In this document: positions 1-14,027 of the stretch, in pieces
How the letters are laid out: every line of letters begins with the position of its first letter
Position numbering within the stretch: the first letter of the stretch is position 1
Assembly (NCBI GenBank): GCA_965112735.1
Contig: OZ218951.1
Location: 868,001-932,000 of the forward strand
From: Phaeosaccion multiseriatum
Taxonomy: Eukaryota; Protista; Ochrophyta, other classes
Length of the DNA: 64,000 nucleotides
Direction of reading: 5' to 3'
Notes under the pieces: generated by a model
What the model saw: the letters and a program-made list of their open reading frames with translations, nothing else
Database searches by the model: none
Told to the model about the DNA's origin: nothing
Translations under genes and position numbers: made by a program

Positions 1-745
1 CAACTCCAATACTCGACTGGAGTCACAGATGACGGAAACGGGATGGCAGCGGATGGAGCCGAGTCGGAGTGGGTGAGCTTGATTGACATAGACGGACCGG
101 GGGATGCGGTCGCAGGGCCTAATCATTTGGAGGTAGTTTGGGCGGAGGTGGAGGATACAAATGGAGACGACTCGGGGTTGGCATGGTGGTTGTACGACGT
201 GTCGCTGCCGTTGGAGGCATGTGGGAGGGATACAATCTTCCGGTGGTATCAGGTAAGGGGTGAGAGGGAGCGAGAGGGAGGGAGGGAAATAAGGAAGGAG
301 GGAGGGAGGGAGAGAGGGAGGGACGGACGGACGGACGGACGGACGGAGGGAGGGATGGAGGGAGGGAGGGACGGAGGGAAGGAGGGAGGGAGGGGAGGGG
401 CGGACGGACGGAGGGAGGGAGGGAGGGAGGAAGGGATATACGTCTGCGTCGTTGTGTTATGCTGTGCTCTTCGCTGTCTTGCTTAGCGCTTACCCTGACC
501 CTGACCCTGGCATTGATCGTAATCCCGACCCTGGTTCATCAACGCAACGAATGCCCCAAAGCAATACATAAAAAAAAACCTCACCCTCACCCTCACCCCC
601 ACCCTCACCCTCACCCTCACCCGTCACTCTGGCCCTGCTCAATCGAAATCAACGAATCAACCAATTCAATGAATCATTGATTCATTCAAACCAAAGGCGT
701 CTTCGTCTGCAGACGAGTACTGGGTCATCGACTCAGTGTCCATCA
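1..745 (+). other. Reelin-subrepeat-like domain (part of giant gene)
   Basis: QLQYST...G..EWVSL (BNR/Asp-box-like with insertion), then [18 protein letters not shown]|[16 protein letters not shown], matching the remembered reelin pattern LPxxAxxxxTxFRWxQ...WxIDxVxI. Confidence 0.55.
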
Positions 746-3592
746 GCCTTCAACCCCCGGGCAACACAGGAGCAAGTGAGCACATCTTTGTAGACTACAC
801 GGAGCCCGACGGGGGCCCAATCAAGGGAGGCACCAACATCACTGTGTACGGTTATTTCCCTCCCGAGTCGAGTGTGGGGGGCCCATATCGCTGTGTGTTC
901 GACTACGAGGGAGGCAAGCAGGACAACGCCTTTGAAGCCTTCAACGCTGAGGTAGGGGGTGGTGGGCCGTCACAGACTTACTCACGAACAAACGAACGAG
1001 CGAACGTGGATATTCACGATCTCACTCATTTCCACACTCACTCACCCAGCACTCACTTGTTCACTCACCCACTCACTCACTCACTCACTCCACCCCTCAT
1101 CCACTCTGCCTCCCTCCCTTCCTCCCTCCCTCCCTCCGTCCGTCCATCCGTCCGTCCCTCCGTATCCCCCTCCTCGTTCCCTTCCTTCCCTCTCTTCAGG
1201 GCTTCTCTTCCTTCAATGCAGTGCGGGTTTCCGAGTCCGAGATGCTCTGTGAGGCGCCTCCTTACTACTCCGGCCTCTCAAGCGAGGTGAGAGATGTTTC
1301 AGTGTCAGTTTAGGTTCAGCTTGAGTTTAATCGACCCCCAACCAAACTCAAACTGGCCCGAAAGGCCCCGTAATTCACTTCTGTTAGAGAGGTGGTGTGT
1401 GCTGTGCATCGACATTGAATGTCGTAGGGCTCCTCGACACAATGTGTTGTATCGATACAGCCCGAGTACAAAAACATGACGAGAAATGGTTATTATTGTA
1501 GCTCGATGCTTAGGCAAGTCGACATGGAACAATGCTTCAAACCCAGCTTGGGTTCCAAACTCAGGTTCCAGGCTCTGTTTACATACCTACTTACTGCTTA
1601 CACTTTCTTACCTACTTCATTGTGATGCTGTCCTGTCCCGCTCTCCCACTATCAGGATGTGTGCAGCAGCAGCAACAAGCGCGTGTGCTCCAACTGCTGC
1701 TTCCTCCGTGTTTCCGTTACGGCATGCGGCGTCAACACCTTCTCCTCCTCCTCCCCTCGGGACGTGGCCGTGGCCAACGGATTCACAGCTGACGACTACC
1801 CTGAGAGGACACAGTATGTCTTCTATGAGGACTTTGAGGTAATCTACGTACGCCTTTAGGATTGGAAGACACCCGCACGCCTGTCTTTCATCCACCTGCT
1901 TGCTTATCACTATTATATTTGTCAATCACCCATGCCCAATACTCCTGACCCCCCTCCCTCCCTCTCTCCCTCCCTCCCTCCCTCCCTCCCTCCTTCCCCC
2001 CCTCCATCCATCCCCCTACCCTCCCTCCCTCCCTCCCTCCCTCCCTCCCTCCCTCCCTCCCTCCCTCCCTCCCTCCCTCCCTCCCTCCCTCCCTCCCTCC
2101 CTCCCTCCCTCCCTCCCTCCCTCCCTCCCTCCTTCCTTCCTTCCCTCCCTCCCTCCCTCCCTCCCTCCCTCCTTCCCCCCCTCCATCCATCCCCCTACCC
2201 TCCCTCCCTCCCTCCCTCCCCTTGTTCTCTGACACCAGGTGCAAGACTTCTTCCCTCGCTCGGGCAGCAGCAGAGCGCCGTCTACAGACTCGTCCACCAC
2301 CCTCCTGCGCATCAACGAAGGCGTTGATTCGAGCGCCCTCTATGCCTCCTCAGGCCTCAAGGTAAGTCAATGGGTGGGTGAGTTGGTGAGGGGCAGACAA
2401 AGCAGAGAGGGAGGGAGGGAGGGAGGAAGGGAGGGAGAGAGGGAGGGCGGAAGGGAGGGAGGGAGGAAGGGAGGGAGGGAGGAAGGGAGGAAGGGAGGAG
2501 GGGAGGGAGGGAGGGAGGGAGGTGGGTGGTTGGAGTTGTGTGTGGGTAGACGGAGTGCTGTAAATCGCCCTGTAGTCATCCATAGAGTGCCATCGTCTTC
2601 TCATGCCCCATGTGCCTCTACTCCTCTGCATGAACGAACACAGGTGCGGTTCACCATAGATTCAACGGGGGAGGAGCTCACCTTCGACGCAAGCCTCGCC
2701 ACCGGGCTGGGTATGCTTGACAGGCAAGGAATGAGTTTTTCGTTTCCAGCGTCACTTTATACTCACTGCCTTACCCCGTCATGTTTCAGTTTCAGGAGTC
2801 TTCGTCGAGGGTTATAACCAATGCTCGCTAACTGTGATTAATCGCGTGCGCTTCTCCTTTCCCTCCCATGGCTCTACCTCCCTCCGTCAGTCCCTCCCTC
2901 CCTCCCCTCTCTCCCTCCGTCCCTCCTTCCCTTCCTCACTCACTCACTGACTCCTTTCCTCCCTCTCTCACTCACTCCATCCCTCACTCTCTCCCTCCCT
3001 CGCACCCTACCTCCCTCTCTGTCTCCTTCCTTGCCTCCTTCCTTCCCTCCTTGCTTCCCTCCTTCCCTCCTCCCTCCCTCTCCCTCCTTCCCTCCCTCAC
3101 TCACTCACTCTTTCCCTTTCTCCCTGCCTCCCTCCCACTACTTCCCACTACCCTCCCTCCCTCCCTCCCTCCCTCCCTCCCCCCCTCTCTTCGTCCCTCC
3201 CTCCCCGCCACCACAGGCTTCCCCAAGTGGGCGACTCATACGGGGTGAAGGGCATGCCTCTCGGTGAGTGTGTGCGTGAGTGAGTGTGTGCGTGAGTGAG
3301 TGTGTGCGTGAGTGACTGAGTGAGTGAGTGCGTTAGTGCGCGAGAATGAGGGAGCAAGTGTGTGACTCATTCACCCACCCTTCACCCGCTACCCCCAACA
3401 CCACTCCTCCTCCTCCTCCTCCTCCTCCATCTACTGCCATCCACCCCACCCCAGGCTCCGACGCCTCTGACTACCGCTACCAAGCCATGTACCTTTGGTC
3501 AGAAGTGAGTGACACTTTCGACACGCAGGAAGAGATTGCCGCTCTCAGCAGTGAGGACTACCGAACGCGCTGCGAGGTGGCCGGTTACATGC

Positions 3593-3655
<63 letters not shown>

Positions 3656-6600
3656 TGTGTGTGTGTATGTGTGTGTGTGCGTGTGTGTGTGTGTGTGAGT
3701 ATATGTGTGCGTGCGTGTTTGTTTCTGTGTCTGTGTGTGTGTCTGTGTGTCTGTGAGTGTCTGTATGCGTGTATGTGTGTGCGCGCGAGTGTGTATGAGG
3801 CGAAGCAAATCACCTCCCTCACAAACTCATTGACTTCCAACACTCCAACACCACATTCCATCCCACCTCCTCAGGACTGTGATGCGGACTACGAACACGC
3901 AGGTTATATCGACCGCATACAGCTCAAGGTAAGTCAGTGAAAGAGAAGGAGTAAGTCAATGCAAGGAAGATGGAGCTCCAGTGTCTAGCTCCAGTTTCAG
4001 CTCCAGTTTCAGCTCCAGCGCAGTTTGCGCCCTACAAACCTTTGACTGACTCACAACCCCCCTGCCCCCCCCTCTCTTTATGCTTCTACCCTCACCGCCT
4101 AACCACACGCTCTCCCTTCCATTGACTTACTCCCCTCCCTCCAGGTGTCCTCTGCCCCTGTGTCTGCCCTGCGCAACTTTCGCATCGCCGCTGTGAACGA
4201 TGCCGTGGTAGAGGGCATCTCCACACTCACCACCTTCTACAAGGTAAGATGGCAGTCGATGAATGGATGGCAGTAGATGGATGGCAGTAGAGTGGAGGGC
4301 AGTAGAGTGGAGGGCATCTCCACACTCACCACCTTCAATTTGTTGCTATTGTGCTACACCTCACTCACTCACTCACCCACTCACTCATCCACTCACTCAC
4401 TTCTCAACTCACTCACTCACTCACTCATTCACTCACTCACTCACTCACTCACGTACTCACTCACAGGGAGCCGACGAAGACTACGAAGTGTACTCTGTCG
4501 ACAGCCTTGACGTAAGCAACGACGCAGGGGCTGCGGTCACCAACGTCGAAGGCACGGCGCAGAAAATCTCCTTTGTCGAGGACGACTGGGTCACCTTCTA
4601 TCTCGACACGCCCTTCAAACTCCTCTCTCAGTACAACCTCATCATTGACTTATCGGAGTATACAGAAGATGGCGACGCTCGGGAGGACCAGGGGGTGGCA
4701 GGGGAGGCGAGTCTGTATTACCAACACGTGTACGAGAACAGGGCGGTGGCATGGTATGGCAGCAGTGCCGAGGCTTACCCCTTCTCCGCCTCCGTGCCCA
4801 CCGCCGCCCCCTTTTCCAACACAAGCTTCGAGCAGAAGGTTGGTGTGCCTGTGTGTGTGTGTGTGTGTGTGTGTGTGACACAGAGAGACAGAGAGAGAAA
4901 GTGTGTGTGGTTTTCTGGTCTTTGAGTTCGTTGCTCATCGATTCATTCTGCCTCCTCCTCCTACTCCCCCCCCCTCTTCCTCCTCCTCTTCCTCCTCCTC
5001 CTCCCCCTCCCCCCCCTCCTCCCTCCTCCCTCCTCCTCCTCCTCTATGCTTACCAGGTGCCAATGCTGCAGCTGTGCCACATGCCGGACTCATGCCCACA
5101 GCGCAGCATTATGGAGGTGTCGGCCTCCTTCGCCAACATCACAACCACCACCTCCACCTCCACCACTTCATCAGACTCTATAGCATTAGACTCGCCATTG
5201 CCGTCATTGGACTCGTCAGCAGCAGCATCAAAGCGACGACGAGCAGCAGCAGCAGCAGCAGGAGAAGAAGAACAAGAAGAAGAATCAGCACAAGCAGCAG
5301 CAGTAGCAGCAGCAGGAGGGCTAGAAAGAAGACGGCTCCAATCGTCATCATCAGCTTCCTCCCCAGCATACGAGTTTAGAGCGCTACTCTCCGTGTCGCT
5401 CAACGGAGTGGACTTCCAGGCCCTTCCCTCTGCCTACTACTTTGTCTACGACCCTTCCTACCTTTACTTCGACCCCACCTCCCTGTCTCCTCTGCTGGGG
5501 CCGCCCGATGGAGGCACCACCCTCAGCGTGACCATCCCCTCCGCCCTTCCTCTCATCGACGCGGAGAGCTATTACAACTTGTACACGGTGTGTGTGTGTA
5601 TGTGTGTGTGCGTGTGTGCGCGTGCGTGTGCCCTTCTCACTGACTCAAATGCTCTGACGTGTGTGTGGCGCAAAACATCATGACCTTATTATTCACGTAC
5701 TCACATACCCCTTACGTACCTACCTACCTTTCAACCACCAGGTGGGCGACGACTCGTACTCCACAACGGACTCCATCCTGCTCAAGTTCACGAGCAAGAC
5801 CTCATCCTTTGTGGAGTTCAGCCGGGCCTACCTGCCTGCAGCAGAGGGATTCATGTCCCTCACGGCCGAGACTCCTTCCATGCAGGTAGGCTCTGTGTGT
5901 GTGCGTGTGTGTGCGTGACTTTCTGCTCCTCACTCTCAGTCAATCCTTCCTCTCTGACTCAGTCTTCTCTGTGTCTCTCTCTGTCTCTCTGTCTGTGTCT
6001 TTTTCTGTGTGTGCATCTCCCTCTCTCTCTGTCTCTCTCCCTCCCTACCTCACGCCCTGCCGGTCGCCCTTTCACCCACCTCCCTCCCTCCCTCCTTCCC
6101 TCCCATCCAATTCCATCCCTCCATCCCTCTCCTCCCTCTCCTCCCTCCCTCCCCTCCTCCCTCTCCTCCACCCCCTTCTCATCCACACAGGCCAGTGATT
6201 ACGAGGTGTCTCTCACCATCAATGGAGTCACCTTCTGGCCAGAGGAAGACTACACAAACTCAAACTCAAACACACTCACAGATACCGACACCAGTACCAC
6301 CAACACCACCACGAGTAGTAGTACGGGAGGGTTGGAGGGGGTGGGAGGAGTGTGTACAGTGAGCTCAGAGACAGGCTATGCCTTCGACGGGGTGTGTGTA
6401 GTCACGACTGGGGACGACGATGGTGACGACGACGCTTGCTCGGATTCCAACTCGTGGAGCTGCGGCTGCCAAGGCGGTTACTTCTCCTCGGGCTTCTCCG
6501 CAGCCAACGACACATGTGCCGCTTGCTGTATCAACGAGGTGAGTGAGCTTGGGGTACGGTCTTGTTGACATATCTGGTCTTTCTGTTGACATAACTTGTT

Positions 6601-6817
6601 CGTTGACTAATGACTTCCCTGATCATGTTGTGGATACAACTTCGTCTTTGTTGACTTATACTCAGGCGAGCATGCTCATCTACGAAGAGTTTGAGATTAC
6701 GTACGAAGAGGGTCAAGACGGCTTCGACACCACCACGAGCTTTCCTTACTACAGGTTCGGAGAGGAAGGAGGGTGGTTGGTTGGTTGGTTGGGTGGGTGG
6801 GTGGGTGGGTGGGTGGG

Positions 6818-6848
<31 letters not shown>

Positions 6849-9800
6849 TTGGTTGGTTGGTTGGTTGGTGGGTTGGCTGGTTGGCTTTTGCTGACAAGAG
6901 GGGCTCCCGGAGAGGCGTTCCAAAGCACCGGCTGTCAAGACGCGTTGCCTCTCACCGCCTCACGAACCCTTCGACCCACATAATCCCCACAACCCACACA
7001 GCCCAACCAACCCATCCAATCCTTCCTCCCTCCGTCTCTCCCTCCCTCCCTCTGCTCCCCCACTCCCTTCCTCCCTCCCCTCCCTCCTCTCCCTCTCCCT
7101 CAGCTCCGGCAAGGTGCCCCTGGCCTCGTCTGACATGGGCAAGTGGATCAGCGTGTACTCCCCCTCTCTGCCCTCCTCTGTTTACATCGAGCCGGACCTG
7201 CTCTGCTGCGAGTGGCTGAGCCCCAGGTAAGGTTTGCGGTTAACGGTTAACGGTTAACGGTACATGGGTACATTGTCTTGTTAATCGTACACCATGAAGC
7301 CTATACTAGGGTCCAATACCCTCCCCCCCCCCACTCGTTGTTAACCCGCGTTTACACCCTCCGTTACGCTTCCGAACCCCCATTAACCCGCAGGGACGTA
7401 GACACGGGAGAGTCAATCGAGGACACTTCCTCCAGCGACTGGGAGGACCGTTCTCTCGCCAACGGATTCGAAGACGCTCTCTGCGGGGAGAACAACGCGG
7501 TCCGTGCGTTGAGGAAGGGGATTGAGGGGAGAGAGGGAGGGAGGGAGGGAGGGAGGGAGGGAGGGAGGGAGGGAGGGAGGGAGGGAGGGAGGGAGGGAGG
7601 GAGGGAGGGAGGGAGGAAGGGAGGGAGGGAGAGGGGAGAGCTGTGCGATCAGAAACCCTCTAGCACTTGCCATTTGTGAATCATTGACTTACTCACTCAT
7701 ATGTTGACTCGCTTCCTTCCTTTGCCACAGGTCCTCTCTACCACTGCGGTGGGGGTGGTGTCTTGTAGAGTGCCATCTTTGCCTGTTTCCACCAACGATG
7801 ACGAGCACCTCTGGCAGCTCCTCATCTCCGTCAACAAGCAGGTATATGGGAAGCCATACGAGCATATGGGAAGGTGGATGGCACTAGATAACCAACATGC
7901 AGCATCTGGAGAGTGTCACTCACTCACTCACTTACTCCCTTTCTCCCCTCCCTCCCTCCCTCCCCTCAGAACTTCCACGGGCGCATCTGCTCGGAGTGTG
8001 CCTCGGACTTCACCGACGGCCTGGACTATGTGAGCCTGGCCTGCCCCCTGGGCGCCTTTGCAGCGACATATGCAGGCAGATGCAGAGAGTGTCCAGTGGG
8101 ACAGTATGACGATCGTGCCATCGCCACAGTGGTACGTACCTACGTATGGAACATTATGCTATGCGCAGGGAACCTCGCACATCTCTCTCTCTCTCTCTGT
8201 GGGCATGTGTGTGAGTTTGTCTGTCTCTCTCTGTCTATCTGTCTCTCTTTTTGTCTCCCCCTCTCAATTATTCATATCTCTCTCTGTGTGTGTCACCATC
8301 TCTTTCTCTCTCGCTTCCACTCGCTCTTCCACTCGCTCTTGTCTCTTCAGTCTCTCCCCCCCCAAAAGCTTCAATACCTTGGCCCACATGGAAACGCCTC
8401 TGCCCTCCCCTCCCTTCCTCTTTCTCTGCTTCTCTCCATCCCTCACTCTCCCCCTCTCTCCCTCCCCCTTTCCCTCTCTTCTTCCCTCCCCCCTCCCTCC
8501 CTTCTCTCCGGTCCTCCCCCCCTCCCTCCCTCCCCTCCTGCCCTCCCTCCCTCCCCCCCTCCCCTCCCCCAGGACTCAACCGAACACACCTCCTGTGCCT
8601 ACTGCGAGGCCGGTACCTATCAACCCCTTGTGGGTCAGGCCCAGTGCTATGACTGCCCTCTCGGCCCTTCTGAAACCTCTTCAGACGTCTTCTCCACCAC
8701 CCTTGACAAGAGCGGCAACGAGGTCGTCGGACAAGTAAGAGTTTCAGTTTTGAGTTGTCAGTTTCAGATTTCAGTTTCAGTGTTACTCTGATACTCAGGT
8801 ACTAGTACGTAGTCGTCCCTGGTGCGTGTGCGTGCGCGGCTGTATTGCCAACTGCTGTACCTGTTCCAATGCCTGTGCGTGCATCGTGCCTTGCCGGATT
8901 CAATACCAAATGCTGCCCTCCCCCTCCCCCTCCTCCCCCTCCCCCTCCCCTCCCTCTGTCTTCCCATCCCCTCATCTCCTCCCCTCCTCCTGTCCCTCCC
9001 CCTCCCCCTCCAACTTCCCACCACATACAGACGAGCATCTACAGCTGCACCTGCTCCTCCGGCTACTACCGAGACTCCACCATCGATCCCGAAGAGTGCG
9101 TGATGGATCGCAACGACCTCACATCCACTGCCATCCTCACCGCCCAACAGCTCGCAGATGGCAGCAACGCCGACACCAACATCATGACCGGTTGGTGCTG
9201 CAGTGCGTGCCCCTCGGGAGGGTCCTGCTCAGGAGGATGGAGCAGCAAGCAACCCCAGAGTGTCGCCGGAGGGTATGCGGAGCAGCAGGACTGGATGCAG
9301 GGCACCTACTACGTGCCGGCGAACACCACGTATAGTGACGAGCTCTATCACGGCTTTCCCTTTGCGGATGCAGGCTTCTATCGACTCGACAATGAGGTGG
9401 AGGGGATGATTCAGGAGTGTGCGCCCATCAATACGTGTGACGATGAGAGTGAGGAGGTGACGGGTGCCAATTGTGTGGGTGCGTGTCTTGGGGGCGAGGC
9501 GGACACGAGCTTGGAGGTGCAGTATGTCAACGGATGCAACACCGGCTATGAGAGCTACATGTGTTCGGACTGCGCCTCCGGATACTTCAAGAGCGGAGAG
9601 GTAGGGGTGTGTGTGCGTGTGTGGGTGGGTGGGTGGGTGGGTGGGTGTCATGCGTACTCTTAGGCAACTATCTAAAGAACCAACGGCCCTAATGAGCCAA
9701 CGAGTTGTCGCACCACTGAAGTAAGACGGCGACGCACCATTCACTGACTTACTTCCAACCATTCACTGACTTGCTTCCGTCCATTCTCTTACTCACTTGC

Positions 9801-11671
9801 AACCAAACCAGGTGTGCAAGGAGTGTCCGACGAAGAGCCCAATTCTCATGTCCCTGTTCCTTCTCATCCTCATCGGTGGACTGTACGGCTTTGCCAAGTA
9901 CGCTCGCTTCTTCAAGGGGCTGGGCTCTCCGCGCATCCTCGTTAACTTCGCCACCGTCACGGTGAGTGAGTGTTCATGGAAAGAGGGGGCGTTGACGAGG
10001 GGAGAATGAGGTTGAATGGGAGGGGTTATATGGGGTTAATGAGGGGTTAATGAGGATTATGGGGGGGGTCAGGGAGTGTTCAATGAAGAGAGGGTTAACT
10101 GATAGGGGTTCATGAGGGGGTAATGGGGAGTTACTGAGGTGGGAATGAGGATTAATGCAGGTATATGAAGGGTTAAGGGTGGGCGAATAAGGTATTAATG
10201 TGGGGTTGAGGAGGGATTTACGTTACCATGTGAACCTCCTCCCGGATCTCTTTACCTATCATATGCCTCTCACATGCCTCTCATATACCCATATACCCAT
10301 ATGCCTCCCTCAGGTGGCGTTCCTGTACTTCAACATCTCGTGGCCGCAAGTGATGGTGGACTTCTTCAACTCACTGAGCCTCATCACCGTCAACATAGAC
10401 CTTATACACGCTGAGTGTGAGGTGAGTTGCCCACAGTTTGAGTTTCATAGGCCCAGTTTCAGTTTGAGTTTCATAGACCCAGTTTCAGTTTGAGTTTCAG
10501 CAGTACACCATTAGGCCTATCGATCCCCACCACCACCCCAACTCCCACCTCCACTCGCACCCGCTCCTCCTCCTCCTCCTCCTCCTCCTCCTCCTCCTCC
10601 TCCTCCTCCTCCTCCTCCTCCTCCTCCTTAGCTTACGTAATCTTTTGTAACACCAAGGTGTTTTAGGTCGTCCTCCTCCTCCCTCCCCGTGCTCGTCCTC
10701 CTCCTCCACTTCCTCCCCCTGCTACTCCTTCGTCCTCTTCCTCCCCTTGCTACCCCCCTTCCTCCTGTCCCTCCCACCCCCCCACTCTTCCCCCTCCTCC
10801 CCCTCTCTACCCTCCCCCCCCTCCCCTCCCCCTCATCCCCACCCCTCCTCCTCCTCCTCCTCCTCCTCCTCCTCCTCCTCACACCATTTGACTCCCATCA
10901 CCAGGTGGACGTGACCTTCGAGCAGAATTGGCTCTTCACCATGTCGCTCCCCCTATGGCTGGCCTGGATCTTCCTCATGCTCTACACTGGAGAGTGCTTC
11001 TACACTTGGTTCAAAGTCAATGTCAAGGCCTCCCCCTGTGCCAATGCAGCTACCTGTGGAGGGACGGTTACATGCATGGTGTATCCGTGCTTACACGTCA
11101 TGTGTGTGCCGTGTGCGGAGCAGTCTACGGGGGTGCATGAGGATTGGGGGGGCGGGGAAGGTGGTGGGGGCGTTGGTGGTATAGCGGCGGCCAACAGCAA
11201 CAGCAACGACAAGGATAAGGAAAGCAACAGCGATGGCAGCCATAAGGACAACACCAGCAAGGACAACACCACCACCACCAACACTAACAACAACAACAGT
11301 ACCAACAACAACAGCAACACCAGCACCACCAACGACAACGATGACGACAACAAGCAGCGCGTCATGGATGACCTCCCGGGAGGGGATTATTCCTTCCAAG
11401 CCGAGGGCTCTCAGTGCCGCATCTGTGGCAGCAAGGTGGTGGCCGTGGCCAATGTGCGCTGCTTCTGGCTCGGGCTCGACAGCAGATCGAAGGTGAGGGA
11501 GGAGGAGATGAGAGGACGGCAGGGGAGGGAGGGGGAGGGAGGGGGTGGGTCGCTCTCATTCCCATTCTCCCTCTCTCCTCTGTCTCTCCCCCCCTCCCTC
11601 GTTCACTTTGTGCCTCTCGCTCTCTCTCTCCGTCTCTGTCTGTCTCAGTCGCCCTCGATAATCCTATCTGT

Positions 11672-11740
<69 letters not shown>

Positions 11741-12029
11741 CGTGACTCACTCACTCACTCACTCACTCACTCACTCACTCACTCACGCCACTCCCTTATC
11801 TCACTCACGCACCCCCTCTCTCCCCCGCTGGCTCACTCACGCACGCACCAACATCCCCCTCCCCTTTCCTTATTGTTGTGCAGTTCGCGTTAGCGGAGGA
11901 GGTGATCTCTCGCAAGCTGCCTTTGTCACTGCACGACGTCCTTGACTCCAAGTTCAGAACCATCAGAGCCGCTTTGCTCGGGGAGAGCAAGCACTCACAC
12001 TCACACTCACACTCAAACCCAAGAGAGGG

Positions 12030-12063
<34 letters not shown>

Positions 12064-13168
12064 GAGGAGGAGGAGAAGGAGGGGCAGGGGCAGGGGGAGA
12101 AGAGCAGGAGGGGAAGTGGTGGCGGTGGTCCGTCGACGGAGCTAGAGCTCGGAGCCACCAAGCGAGACCGACTACGGCGCTGGCTGACCGTCGATGGGTG
12201 GCTGGCGGGCCGCATCCCCATCTCCTCACACGAGGGCTGGACTAACGGCGCTCTGCTGGCCCTCTGCTGCCTGTTGGTGACTCCGTTTTGGCTACCCTGG
12301 GCCTTGTACTCGAGGAGACGGGATCGACGCATTGCAGCTGCCGCTGGTGCAGCCAATCCGAGGCTAACAGGGGCAGGAGCGGGGGGCTCCTATGCGAGAG
12401 TCAAGCAGTCTCAGCAGAAGCATGTGAAGGGCAGCAGCAGTGGCGGCAGCAGTGGCCACCGGGTCGAGCGGTACGGTAGCAGCGGCAGCGGTAGTGGTAG
12501 CGGTAGCGGTAGTGGCCTGCATGGGCATGGGGCCTCAGGACAGGAGGGCTTACTCATGAGCGACACTGCCACCGAGCTCATCAACGGCGAAGTGACGAAT
12601 CTCTTTGGAGGGCTGCTTCGCTTGGTCAGAGAGGTGCTGTGGTTATTGGTGTTTGGCTTGCTCGGGGGGCTGCCCGTGGGGTGCCTGTTGGTGATTCTGT
12701 ACATGGTGCTGAAGATCTTTTTCAGAGTGCAGGAAGGAGGCGAGTTTGGTCAGAGCAACAGCAGCGGCAGTAGTAGTAGTACTAATAGTCATGGTGGGAC
12801 TGGCCAGGGTAGCAAGAGCGGCAGCAAGGGCCAGAGTCAGACTCCTCACGGGAACAACCGAAGTGATCGCCCCACGGCGGTCAAGGGGACCCAAGAGACG
12901 CTCACAGAGTGGGCGCTGAACCGCCTCTTTGTCACGGGCTTCGAGTCGGTGGGCCACCAAAAGCTTCAGAGTCTTCTGAGGTACAGTGCCGCAGGAGTAG
13001 CAACAGCGGTGCTGCTGCCCCTCGACGTGGTGCTGCTGCTGTTTATCAGTGTGTGGCGCACAGGGAGAGTGCTCTACTCGGCCTACAAGGAGGTACGTAA
13101 TGTTACGTGTGTGCGTGTGTGGGTGGGGGTGTGAGTGGGTGGGTGGGTGGGTATGTTTGATCAATTAG

Positions 13169-13213
<45 letters not shown>

Positions 13214-13994
13214 GTCCCCTTCTCCTCCACCTCCCCACCTTCTCCCCCTCTCCCTGCCCTCCATCCCTCCCCTTCAGAGCTTTGCTACCATGGAGCGGCA
13301 GGGAGAAGCAATCTTCGTAGATGGAGCTGTCCAAGTCAAGCAAAACATCTCCCCTGACCGCTCCTTCCGCTTCCTTCATGAAGACACTCACCGTGCCATG
13401 GCCCACGCACAGGCAATGCGCTCACAGGCCAGAGATCGCGCACGCGCCCACAGAGAGAATGCCGCCACCTTTGCCGCCGCCGCCGCTGCTACAACTGCAG
13501 CAGTTGGTGGTACACGAGGAGGAGGAGGAGGAGGAGGGAGGGCAGGAAGAGGCAGGGGCGGATGGGGAAGCCCCCTGAGCAGCCCGATGAGCAGTCCTCG
13601 GGGAGGAGGAGCAAGTCCGTTGGGTAGTCCTTCCAGTCTGAGCGGCAGCGGCCCCGGGGGGACAGGGGCAGTCATATGGGCAGGAGCAGGGACAGGGGCA
13701 GGAGGAGGAGGAGGAGGAGGAGGAGGAGGAGGAGGAGGAGGAGGAGGAGGAGGAGGAGGAGAGGCAGGGTCGGTAGGGTTCGCCCCCACGGGGTTGTTCG
13801 GGTCAGGTCCCCCCCCGGGTATCACGCCCGCCTCGAGTCCCCGGGGGGGCGGGGGTTTCCGGCTCGGCTCTCCGCTCAACGCCCCGGGTGGAGGGGGCGG
13901 GGGGGGGGCGTACTATTCACAGGGAGGAGGAGGGGGGGGTGGGCATGACCAGCTCGACGCCTACGACCAGCAGCAGCAGTTGGTGATACAGCAG

Positions 13995-14027
<33 letters not shown>

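Noticed and set aside
579-622. (CCCTCA)n tract resembling a telomeric repeat
   Set aside because: Short, intronic and not CCCTAA/CCCTAAA; it is one of many simple repeats.
1888-2327. ORFs of PPSL/GGRE, THSL, CVCV, EGRK type (here and throughout the window)
   Set aside because: They are translations of intronic or intergenic microsatellites that lack stops in several frames, not genes.
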